A stretch of DNA of 40,036 nucleotides from a virus: IMG/VR virus record IMGVR_UViG_3300045988_103585; one strand, 5' to 3'. The translations under genes were made by a program, and so were the position numbers. The notes below the pieces were generated by a model, which was not told the origin of the DNA, searched no databases, and saw only the letters and a program-made list of their open reading frames with translations. Every line of letters begins with the position of its first letter. The stretch's first letter is position 1. Shown in pieces: positions 6,449-13,989 of this stretch.

Positions 6449-7122
6449 ATGATAAATCTCCGAATAAATCTGTCTGCATACTGTGGGTGAATCATGCTTC
6501 TTCGAACTTGGCGCGACTGTTCCTTTGACGTTTCGTATCTGATTCTTCTTGTTTCTACATATTCGATCGGCTCAAACAGAAAATTGTTTTTCGGTTCAAA
6601 ATTGATGAACCAATATTGTGTAGGTTTCTTGTAATAATCACCCTCTACCGTTCTGTCTGTATCAATTACTTTTGGCTTTATGCACCAATACTGTTTTAGA
6701 TAATGCTGCGCCGAATACGGGTTTTCAATTACCATTCGGATTCCTTTGTCAATACATACAATAACAAGCTGACAAATTTTTTCGTATAGATTGCTTCTAT
6801 CTCGATGAAGTTTTATGCACAGTTCAAGTTTTTCCTTGTCAGTGTATTTTTTCATCTGAAATAATTCTCCTCGAAATGATAGGTTGACTTGATCTTCAAA
6901 CCTCGTGCAAGGGAAAAATGCGAAGCAAACATCCTCTTTTGTAATGTTGTCAAACACGCTTTGCCCCCCCTCATATGCTTTTTGGATTTCTCCAAAAAGG
7001 TCAACTTGAAAGTCCGTTTCATCAAAGTCATTCAGAATGTCATAATCAAACGCTTCAATCCCATTCTTCTTAAACGCATTCTTAAATGTTCCGGACTGTT
7101 CGAATAATAAATGTGCTTTCAT
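6445..7122 (-). CDS. Minimal C5-cytosine-methyltransferase-like protein (225 aa; no target-recognition domain)
   Basis: LLFEQSGTFKNAFKKNG resembles motif I, FFPCTRFE motif IV (catalytic Cys present) and VIENPYS motif VI. DYYKKPTQYWFINF sits where PQxRxR normally is. Confidence 0.45.
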   Translation of the reverse strand: MKAHLLFEQSGTFKNAFKKNGIEAFDYDILNDFDETDFQVDLFGEIQKAYEGGQSVFDNITKEDVCFAFFPCTRFEDQVNLSFRGELFQMKKYTDKEKLELCIKLHRDRSNLYEKICQLVIVCIDKGIRMVIENPYSAQHYLKQYWCIKPKVIDTDRTVEGDYYKKPTQYWFINFEPKNNFLFEPIEYVETRRIRYETSKEQSRQVRRSMIHPQYADRFIRRFII

Positions 7123-7274
7123 AACGTTTCATTCTCCCACCATTTACAAACTATACAAGCATCATGTGGAAAATCTCCTACCATCGGACAATCTCCGTTA
7201 CAACAAACCTCGTCTTCCAGCCATTTGCATTTTGGGTCTTCCGGCTTTTCTGTGCCTGTTTCTCTTCTGCTCAT
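7119..7274 (-). CDS. Cys-rich mini-protein (51 aa)
   Basis: Translated by hand: MSRRETGTEKPEDPKCKWLEDEVCCNGDCPMVGDFPHDACIVCKWWENETL. RBS GGAG sits inside the upstream stop region. ATGA overlap downstream. Confidence 0.5.
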   Translation of the reverse strand: MSRRETGTEKPEDPKCKWLEDEVCCNGDCPMVGDFPHDACIVCKWWENETL

Positions 7275-7277
7275 TGT

Positions 7278-8108
7278 TTACATCTCCATTTCAATCTGCG
7301 GGTCTTCCGGAAGCACAAGCATTCTGTTTTTCGCTTCGTTGTAAAAATTTCTGTCGATTTCAAATCCGTATGCGCTTCTTCCGAGTTCCATTGCTGCCCT
7401 TAGCGTAGATCCGCTGCCGCAACATGGATCTATGACTACATCTCCGGGATCAGTGAATGTCTCTATTAGTTTTTTTAGAATCTTCACCGGCTTTTGCGCT
7501 GGGTGAATCTTTGGAATTTCTTTTCCGTCTTTCTCCCATGTGAACCAGTTAAATACCATTTTTCCAGTTCCTCTGATGTTCTTTCCGTTTTCGTCAACCT
7601 GTAATCCGTTTCTGAATTTCGGCAGCTTATCTCTGTATAAAAGCAATGCGTATTCCGTTGCTCCAACCACTCGCATATTCGCCTTTAACACCTGCGGAGA
7701 ATAATTCTTAATAAACACAAGCGGAATGTAGTTTTTGAATTCGTGCTTCTTTGCCGCATCTATCAGCGTTGCTTGTTGCTCAAACGAACAAAACACGATC
7801 ATGCAAGGGCTGTTGCTGCTCCTGCCTCTGCTCTGTTTTCCTGTATCGTCTTTCCTCATCATTTTGTGGCAAAAGTGGAAATATTCATACAGGTTGAAGT
7901 TAAAGTCTGAATTGAACGCAGACTTTCCGGCAAGCTTGCTTTCGCCGTTTTTGTTATCTCCACCCTTGTACCACATCGGGTTACTTCCGTAAAAGTTATT
8001 GCCTACGTTATACGGCACGTCTGCAATAATCAGTTGTGCCGGTGGTATTGAATATTTCTTGTAATTTTGCATTGAATCTCTATAAATCTCGCACTTAACC
8101 TTTTTCAC
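7278..8108 (-). CDS. DNA amino-methyltransferase (N6-adenine or N4-cytosine; motif IV precedes motif I)
   Basis: IIADVPYNVG is a DPPY-type motif IV. VIDPCCGSGSTLRAA is the FxGxG SAM-binding motif I. GTG start. Confidence 0.8.
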   Translation of the reverse strand: MKKVKCEIYRDSMQNYKKYSIPPAQLIIADVPYNVGNNFYGSNPMWYKGGDNKNGESKLAGKSAFNSDFNFNLYEYFHFCHKMMRKDDTGKQSRGRSSNSPCMIVFCSFEQQATLIDAAKKHEFKNYIPLVFIKNYSPQVLKANMRVVGATEYALLLYRDKLPKFRNGLQVDENGKNIRGTGKMVFNWFTWEKDGKEIPKIHPAQKPVKILKKLIETFTDPGDVVIDPCCGSGSTLRAAMELGRSAYGFEIDRNFYNEAKNRMLVLPEDPQIEMEM

Positions 8109-8670
8109 ATTTCAACATCCTTTCCATCTCCATAAAATCGTCTTTGTCTTTGGCAAATTCTATTGATCCGATTTCTCCAAGTTGATAGTATCTCGGAATC
8201 TGCAGCGACCTAGGAAGCATTGATTCTTCCCTCGCGACCCTTGTTACCTGTTCGTAAACCATCCGGAACTGCGCTCTGCATACTTCTTCGTTTTCGCTCA
8301 TACAGATTGATTCCCACCCCATGCGCTTAACTGCGTTTTTGGTGTTCTCATCGAAAAATTCCATCGCCCCAGGTTCATCATACATCCCATACAGACTAAT
8401 CGCCCGTTTGACTTTATGCCATCCGTCTGACCAATCGAATGTCGCATCTTTTCCGGATATCTTGATTGTCTGCTGCCTTATATCGGCTACCGTCGGCGGG
8501 AATTTATTCGTCTGAACGTGTCGCATAACCGCTGTTTTTGCGTCCTTGTAGTCGATGTCTCCAATCGCGCTATACCAGCAATCTAAGGCTTCGTTCGTCG
8601 TTAGAATATTATCCCTTGGATAAAAATTCTTTATCACCGCCACAAGGCTTATAAATTCGCCCTTTGTCAT
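8095..8670 (-). CDS. Replicative-helicase loader candidate (SPP1 G39P-like)
   Basis: The N-terminus (EFISLVAVIKNFYPRD...CWYSAIGD...KFPPTVADIRQQ) resembles G39P-family loaders. It sits directly after the replication organiser. Confidence 0.4.
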   Translation of the reverse strand: MTKGEFISLVAVIKNFYPRDNILTTNEALDCWYSAIGDIDYKDAKTAVMRHVQTNKFPPTVADIRQQTIKISGKDATFDWSDGWHKVKRAISLYGMYDEPGAMEFFDENTKNAVKRMGWESICMSENEEVCRAQFRMVYEQVTRVAREESMLPRSLQIPRYYQLGEIGSIEFAKDKDDFMEMERMLKCEKG

Positions 8671-9485
8671 GTATTAGCCCACCTTTCCAAAGCATCATAA
8701 GTGCTTTGCATTTCCTCGATGCGTGTCTGCCGCTTGATTTTGTCCCATACAATGCCTTGGTATTGGCTTGCTATGGATTGGTCAATAATCTCGATAACGG
8801 CAGCATCGCCATGTTCTTTCGCTTTCTCGGAGATTTTCCGAAGAAGCGTATTCAATCCAATAGGCTTGTACGGCTGTCTGCGTTCGTGCTTATAGGCAAT
8901 CCAGCGGTTCACTGCCTCCGACAATTCCGGCGAAGCTTGAACAAAAAACCAATCCGATTCGGAAGTCCCCTCGCGCGCGCGCGCGTCTTGGTTTATTTTA
9001 TTTATTTCTTTTATTTCCTTTATTGGTATGTTTGCTTTTTGACCGCTTTTTGACCGCTTTTTGACCGCGCTTTTTTCGGATTGTTTATTTTTTCCATTCT
9101 CTGAAACGCTGTATTTTTCAACGTTTTCGGATTCGCTTTTTGGTCGCTCTGTTTTCGCTGTTTTTTGTGGACTTAATTGGTACTTGTCGTAGTTCATAAT
9201 TTCTATAAAAATATCTCTACGATTCGGCTTTTTGACGTTTACCATGTTCTGCTCACTTAGCAGCTTGATAAAGCTTTCCGTCTTGTGCCATGACCAACCC
9301 CATCTTGCGGCAAGGCTCGAAATATTCATTTCTACAACTCCGCGCTTCACAACAATTACCTCGCTGTGGTAGAGCCTTGTTTTGTCTTCGTAGTTGGCTA
9401 ACTGAATTAAGTCCACCCACTCTTTACCGTACTTTTCCCATATCCAGTGATTGAATAATGCTCTGTCTAAAACTATGTATCCCAT
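8667..9485 (-). CDS. Replication initiator/organiser (wHTH N-domain, low-complexity linker, DnaD-like C-domain)
   Basis: Domain pattern and position. The linker DNA carries iterons and an AT-rich tract. Confidence 0.6.
   Translation of the reverse strand: MGYIVLDRALFNHWIWEKYGKEWVDLIQLANYEDKTRLYHSEVIVVKRGVVEMNISSLAARWGWSWHKTESFIKLLSEQNMVNVKKPNRRDIFIEIMNYDKYQLSPQKTAKTERPKSESENVEKYSVSENGKNKQSEKSAVKKRSKSGQKANIPIKEIKEINKINQDARAREGTSESDWFFVQASPELSEAVNRWIAYKHERRQPYKPIGLNTLLRKISEKAKEHGDAAVIEIIDQSIASQYQGIVWDKIKRQTRIEEMQSTYDALERWANT
8960..9150. promoter_or_regulatory. Candidate origin of replication inside the initiator gene
   Basis: (CG)7 at 8972-8985, T/A-rich ttatttc-type repeats at 8993-9026, three tandem gctttttgacc copies at 9034-9066, and a degenerate copy gctttttggtc at 9135-9145. 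Confidence 0.5.
9034..9066. repeat. Three perfect tandem 11-bp iterons (gctttttgacc)
   Basis: Read directly from the sequence. Confidence 0.9.
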
Positions 9486-9892
9486 TCGATCACATCTACC
9501 TCGATTCTCGGATTTCCCGCATCAACGAAGAATTCATCAGTGAAGCCGATTACGCATCGCCAACCGTCCGCCTCAATCGTTCCGGAAGATACTAGAGCAT
9601 CAAGAATGAATTTTTTCGCAAAGCAGATGTTGTCTAAATCTCTTTTGCGGTTCGGCTCGTACCACCGAAAGTTTAACTTCACTTTCCCGCTGAACCGTCC
9701 GATTTTCTGCTTACGGATATATGTCAGAATCAACGTTTCCGTTTTATTTTTCATCTGCGCTCCGACGAATTTATTTGTTCTGCAAGCCTTTGTGTAATCG
9801 TTCAGCCCTGCCAGTTTTCCGTAGATGATTAGCGTTCTTTTCCTCGGATCTCTTACTGTATGATATTCTTCCTCGCTGTGCCCTACGTTCAT
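9473..9892 (-). CDS. rusA: RusA-family Holliday-junction resolvase
   Basis: KRDLDNICFAKKFILDALVSSGTIEADG matches the RusA D.DN...K...DAL...DD core. Confidence 0.7.
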   Translation of the reverse strand: MNVGHSEEEYHTVRDPRKRTLIIYGKLAGLNDYTKACRTNKFVGAQMKNKTETLILTYIRKQKIGRFSGKVKLNFRWYEPNRKRDLDNICFAKKFILDALVSSGTIEADGWRCVIGFTDEFFVDAGNPRIEVDVIEWDT

Positions 9893-9901
9893 ATCTCACC
9901 T

Positions 9902-10297
9902 CTAAAATGGTACATCCTCGTCCAGTGCCTCAAAGCCTTCCGGTACCGACGCTGAAGCCTTTGTAACCTCGCCAGTCTTTTCGCCCCATTCGAGGAATTC
10001 CACACGATCAGCCACAACATCTGTAGTGTATACTGTCGCACCGTCTTTGTTGGTATAGCTGCCTGTCTGGATTCTTCCCTGCACACCGACCAACCGACCC
10101 TTTGCAAGAAATCTTTCACAATTTTCAGCCTGCTTTCCAAAGCATGTGACCCTTGGAAAATCTGTCTGTTTTTCACTGCCTGCTTTCACGGGTCTGTCAA
10201 TTGCCACCGTAAAAGTGCAAACTGCCATTTGTGTTCCTGCCGTGTACCTGACTTCAGGGTCTCTTGTCAGGCGACCTATAAGTACAACGCTATTCAT
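9902..10297 (-). CDS. ssb: Single-stranded DNA-binding protein
   Basis: MNSVVLIGRLTRDPEVRYT OB-fold N-terminus and an acidic C-terminal tail ...LDEDVPF. Confidence 0.9.
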   Translation of the reverse strand: MNSVVLIGRLTRDPEVRYTAGTQMAVCTFTVAIDRPVKAGSEKQTDFPRVTCFGKQAENCERFLAKGRLVGVQGRIQTGSYTNKDGATVYTTDVVADRVEFLEWGEKTGEVTKASASVPEGFEALDEDVPF

Positions 10298-10572
10298 AGA
10301 TAGTTCCTCCCGAAAATTCTAATAAATTCTTCTCTTGTGTGTGTTTCTTCAAATTTAGCCTGCGCCATTTCTTTTAGCTTCAGATCTAAGCCCTTATCAA
10401 AATGTGCGCCCCGATCTCCTGTGTGATGCCGGATGCAAAGCCATACGGTTAAGCCGTACTTATCAGCCTGTCTTCGGTTTGATGTTCCGTATAACACATG
10501 ATGCAGCTGTAAATCTTGTGTGGTCCGGCACACAAAGCATTCTTTTTTCTCTTGCAAAATTGATTTAGCCAT
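10294..10572 (-). CDS. HNH-like zinc-binding nuclease-fold protein (92 aa)
   Basis: CFVC...LQLHHVLYG...LCIRHH pattern. ATG at 10572 (MAKSILQ) overlaps the upstream stop. Trimmed from track ORF 10294..10674. Confidence 0.45.
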   Translation of the reverse strand: MAKSILQEKKECFVCRTTQDLQLHHVLYGTSNRRQADKYGLTVWLCIRHHTGDRGAHFDKGLDLKLKEMAQAKFEETHTREEFIRIFGRNYL

Positions 10573-10888
10573 TTGAGTGCCCCCATTCTCTTGAAATCTG
10601 ACCGTCAATAATTCTGATTTGCAATTTGATCGAATTGATCGCCTCTTGGTTTGCCTTATAGGTGGCTTCTGCAATATCTCGCTTAAATCTTGCTTCTGCT
10701 ACCGCAGGAATACCATAAGCGGTCTTGTCAATCATTCCGATTGCCATACCATCATCGCGAAGTTTCAGGCACTCTTGCCGAAGCAAAACCTTATAGTCTC
10801 GCTCCGCTTCTGCATATGCCGTACCTGTCTTTCGAAGCATTTTGATTGACGTGTCAAGCTGCTGTGTTTTGGTTTGAAGTTCGTTCAT
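10565..10888 (-). CDS. Coiled-coil hypothetical protein (107 aa)
   Basis: ATG at 10888 (MNELQTK) lies just after the exonuclease stop. Trimmed from track ORF 10565..10966. Confidence 0.55.
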   Translation of the reverse strand: MNELQTKTQQLDTSIKMLRKTGTAYAEAERDYKVLLRQECLKLRDDGMAIGMIDKTAYGIPAVAEARFKRDIAEATYKANQEAINSIKLQIRIIDGQISREWGHSNG

Positions 10889-10902
10889 TAAATCGAATCC
10901 GT

Positions 10903-11802
10903 TCACTTTTTCCCTGCGGTGATTCTCACATGTCCCGCCTTGCCTTTCTTGGTTACTTCCTCGCAATACTTTTCGTAAAGTTTAGGGTGTTCTTCTTTGA
11001 ATTGCTTTTCGTTGAATTTTTTCTCTGTGGTCTGCTCTCCGTCCGGAACAAGCGTTATCTTTGTTCCAGAAGGTGTCGTCCACGTCTTGATGTTGTACTT
11101 TTCCATGCCTGCCTTGAGGCTTGCCTTTGCGTCCTTGTACTCTTTTTCAATCTGCTTATAGATTTCAATTTGCGATTCTAAAATGATTACCTTGTCCGCA
11201 ATCTCAACGATCTCTTTTGGCTGGAATTCTTCCTCGGTTGTGAATGGATTTTCCATCAGTTTTAACCAGTCCTCTCGGAATCGTTTTATTTCGGAAAAAA
11301 TTTCTTTCCAAAACTCTTCGAATTGTTCATATCGGATTGTGAAAATCTGCAAACGATCCGAATCAAAATTCTTATTAAAATCATCCGGTCTGTGATATAC
11401 CGCAAGAACACCGCGTTTGTAGTTATACATCCACATTCCCATTAGTAACTGGCACAGATAGTGCTTATAGTCCCAAATGTCATCGTGAATGTCTGAGGTG
11501 GTTTTGATTTCTAAAACACATTTGTCGTTAAAATCTACACCGTCAGCATGATAACGAAGATAGTCCTCAATGACTTTTCCCTCTACAAAGTGATGGCCAA
11601 GTTCTGCGTTCACATATTCTCGGATTTTAGGCTCGAGTTCATTTCCGTATTCCGTATAGACGTTTCCGGTAAAAGACGGTTCCTCAACTCCGGCTTTTTC
11701 CTTTAATAGCTGCCAACGGGTCTTGAATTTGGAGATATTCAGAATCGCCGCGATGTCGCTGCCGCCGATGTATTTATCTCTATCTCTTGTTACGTCCTGC
11801 AT
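10903..11802 (-). CDS. YqaJ/lambda-Exo-like recombination exonuclease
   Basis: The N-terminal KYIGGSDIAAILNISKFKTRWQLLKEK and the PD-(D/E)xK-like core are typical of the YqaJ family. It is adjacent to the annealase. Confidence 0.7.
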   Translation of the reverse strand: MQDVTRDRDKYIGGSDIAAILNISKFKTRWQLLKEKAGVEEPSFTGNVYTEYGNELEPKIREYVNAELGHHFVEGKVIEDYLRYHADGVDFNDKCVLEIKTTSDIHDDIWDYKHYLCQLLMGMWMYNYKRGVLAVYHRPDDFNKNFDSDRLQIFTIRYEQFEEFWKEIFSEIKRFREDWLKLMENPFTTEEEFQPKEIVEIADKVIILESQIEIYKQIEKEYKDAKASLKAGMEKYNIKTWTTPSGTKITLVPDGEQTTEKKFNEKQFKEEHPKLYEKYCEEVTKKGKAGHVRITAGKK

Positions 11803-12371
11803 TATTTACCCTCCAAATCTTTCAGAACCTCCGCGAAACGTTCTTCTGTTGTAGAGCCGTTCAAGCCGTAATCTTTTGCCACTTCTGCAAATGATAAACC
11901 GCTTTCCTTTAAGTAGATAATCAGTTTTTCTCTGTAGGTCAGTTCGTTCGATTTTGGAGAAGATTTCTTCTTTTCAGAGCCTCTTGTCTTTTCGGTAAAC
12001 TCGTCCGTATCAGCGTCCTTTGTATCGTCAATGCAGAACAGTCCGTTTAAGGCGTATTTTCTAGCGTAGGACGACGTTGCCCCGGTGATCTGCGAAGAAT
12101 CCATTCCCTTTTTTGTCTCTTCTTCTCTAGCGTAAGCTGTAACCGAAGCAGATTCGGAACCGTCGGTTACTGTTGCCGTTGCTTTTACATAGTATCTATC
12201 TCCAATCATTACGATCTCATCAGAGATTGTCAGCTGCACCCCCTCTTCGGCGCAAAGCGGCTTTACCGCTTCGAGAATGTCTTCGCAGCTTCTATATTTG
12301 TAATTACCAAATTTATTAAACTGACCTTTTGGGGCTTTCAGTTCCTTTTGAATTTTTATTAGTTTATTCAT
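11802..12371 (-). CDS. ERF-family single-strand annealing protein
   Basis: NKFGNYKYRSCEDILEAVKPL...GMDSSQITGATSSYARKYALNGLF matches ERF-family hallmarks. ATG at 12371 behind GAGGAGA. The track ORF begins at a TTG. Confidence 0.75.
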   Translation of the reverse strand: MNKLIKIQKELKAPKGQFNKFGNYKYRSCEDILEAVKPLCAEEGVQLTISDEIVMIGDRYYVKATATVTDGSESASVTAYAREEETKKGMDSSQITGATSSYARKYALNGLFCIDDTKDADTDEFTEKTRGSEKKKSSPKSNELTYREKLIIYLKESGLSFAEVAKDYGLNGSTTEERFAEVLKDLEGK

Positions 12372-12401
12372 GTTCATTCTCCTCGACAAAGTTTTTAATT
12401 A

Positions 12402-12614
12402 TTATTTGAAGTAACTTTTCTGCGTTTTACTTAGGAGCTGTTCGTCTGTATATTTTGTGTAATCGCAGATCGTTTGCAACATGGCATCAAAGTTTTCCTC
12501 CGTTACCTCTTCCTTAAGTTCGTATCTGAGCGCTTTAGTTATGAGTCCTAACTCGCTGAACAAATCGATTGCGTTTCCTCTAAGTTTAACGATTCCGTTT
12601 TTAGCTTTAATCAT
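12402..12614 (-). CDS. Hypothetical protein (70 aa)
   Basis: ORF with an ATG start. Overlaps the upstream stop by 8 nt. Confidence 0.5.
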   Translation of the reverse strand: MIKAKNGIVKLRGNAIDLFSELGLITKALRYELKEEVTEENFDAMLQTICDYTKYTDEQLLSKTQKSYFK

Positions 12615-12807
12615 CGTATGTATCCATCCTTTCCTTGTTGCTGTCTAGGCAGTCTTGGCAAATTAGCTTCTTTCCGAACCAGTATCCGTACTCACTACGG
12701 ATATGCTCGCCGCATTCAGAGCAGATTGGTCTGTTATCGTATGCGTGGGCTTTTTCGTATTCCCATCGATCTGCATCGGAAGCGGGGCTATCTGATCTCC
12801 ATATCAT
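12607..12807 (-). CDS. Zinc-ribbon mini-protein (66 aa; CSECGE...CQDC)
   Basis: Cys4 pattern. ATGA overlap with the upstream gene. Confidence 0.55.
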   Translation of the reverse strand: MIWRSDSPASDADRWEYEKAHAYDNRPICSECGEHIRSEYGYWFGKKLICQDCLDSNKERMDTYDD

Positions 12808-13148
12808 TTTCTGTCACCGTCCATTTTCTGCAGCATGTGGTTCATGTTACGAATTCTAGCAGTAATGCTGTCGCGCCATCTGCGGTACTGTTTTTCGTTC
12901 TCTGCGTAGAAATAGCCGCCCTTTTCATGTGCGATGATACGTTCGCCGTTGTGTCTAAGAACCTCGATCACAAGCCTTGCTGTCCTGTCGTCAACATCTA
13001 AGTGTCTTGCCAGTTTTTTACGCGTCACTGGATTCTGCTCGTTAGCAGACTTGATCAGTGTTATAGCTTGACTTTCTAGTGATTGTCTGTTATAGTTTTC
13101 TTGGTTATTTTGGAATTGCCCCTCGTGGGCGTTCCTTTTTTTATTCAT
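12804..13148 (-). CDS. Hypothetical protein with a winged-helix-like segment (114 aa)
   Basis: VTRKKLARHLDVDDRTARLVIEVLRHNGERI resembles a wHTH. Confidence 0.45.
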   Translation of the reverse strand: MNKKRNAHEGQFQNNQENYNRQSLESQAITLIKSANEQNPVTRKKLARHLDVDDRTARLVIEVLRHNGERIIAHEKGGYFYAENEKQYRRWRDSITARIRNMNHMLQKMDGDRK

Positions 13149-13677
13149 TTCTCACCTCTACTTCTAAGTACTTGGCACCATGTTTTACAGCATCTTCGTG
13201 ACTGTCAAAGTAAATGTCTATGACGTTTCCCTTGACGGCTGAACCAGTATCTTGTGCTGTATAAACAGTGTCTCCGATTCTGACCTCTGTACCGAATGGA
13301 ATAACCGAAGTATCAACAGCGATTGTCTTGCCCGCCTCGGCTCTCTCTCCGCTTGCTGTATAGACAATCTCTTTTCCGTTTTCATCTAACGGACGGTTCT
13401 TTGCCCATATCGAACAGCAACGGACACAACTACAATATGCTGTGATTTTGAATTCTCCGAGTGTTTTCCACTCTTGTTTAGGTTCTTGTTTTAACTCACG
13501 TTTTAACTCGACTTGGTGAGTTAAATGTGACTTAGACTGTGCTTCATCTAGGTCATCATGTCCGGCAAATCCCAGCATCGTTATGATTGCAGCTGTTACC
13601 AAGATACCGCCTAAAGGCTTTTTGATTTTGTCTATGGCGCCTAAGATGCCGCCGCCTGTTCTCCTATGCTTCTTCAT
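13141..13677 (-). CDS. Membrane-anchored 3D-domain (RlpA-like double-psi beta-barrel) protein
   Basis: N-terminal TM helix (ILVTAAIITMLGFAG), then ITAYCSC...TASGERAEAGKTIAVDTSVIPFGTEVRIGD..YTAQDTGSAVKGNVIDIYF, the 3D-domain pattern with three conserved Asp. Confidence 0.7.
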   Translation of the reverse strand: MKKHRRTGGGILGAIDKIKKPLGGILVTAAIITMLGFAGHDDLDEAQSKSHLTHQVELKRELKQEPKQEWKTLGEFKITAYCSCVRCCSIWAKNRPLDENGKEIVYTASGERAEAGKTIAVDTSVIPFGTEVRIGDTVYTAQDTGSAVKGNVIDIYFDSHEDAVKHGAKYLEVEVRNE

Positions 13678-13903
13678 GTTCCTGCCCCTTGACTAAGCAG
13701 ATGAATTTTACTCCGTTATAGACCGTAAATTCTTCTGTGGGATATTCGCTATCATTCCTGTTTCTTGTTTCGTATTCCGGAAACATTTCTTCAAAATCTT
13801 TGCGAAGAAGATGCACACGGTCCTCGTCAATTCCACATAAGCCGTTGCATTCATCGTGCAGCTTTGCATAATCTTTCGCATACGCAGCTAATTTATCTTT
13901 CAT
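13664..13903 (-). CDS. Hypothetical protein (79 aa)
   Basis: ATG behind GGAGG. Ends in TAG. Confidence 0.55.
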   Translation of the reverse strand: MKDKLAAYAKDYAKLHDECNGLCGIDEDRVHLLRKDFEEMFPEYETRNRNDSEYPTEEFTVYNGVKFICLVKGQEHEEA

Positions 13904-13989
13904 TTTTTTGCCTCCAGCTGCAGAATCACTTCTGCAATCGCTTTTTCTAGTTTTGGGGTTCTCTTGATTTCCCCATGAATAACTACCAT
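13900..13989 (-). CDS. Possible 29-aa coupled mini-ORF (MVVIHGEIKRTPKLEKAIAEVILQLEAKK)
   Basis: It exactly bridges the Cro-like gene and the next gene, with a TAATG overlap upstream and an ATGA overlap downstream. Translated by hand. Confidence 0.3.
   Translation of the reverse strand: MVVIHGEIKRTPKLEKAIAEVILQLEAKK

Noticed and set aside
9034-9066. The short direct repeats as a CRISPR array.
   Set aside because: - The three 11-bp units are contiguous with no spacers.
- They lie inside a coding linker.
- No cas genes are present.
- They fit replication iterons better.
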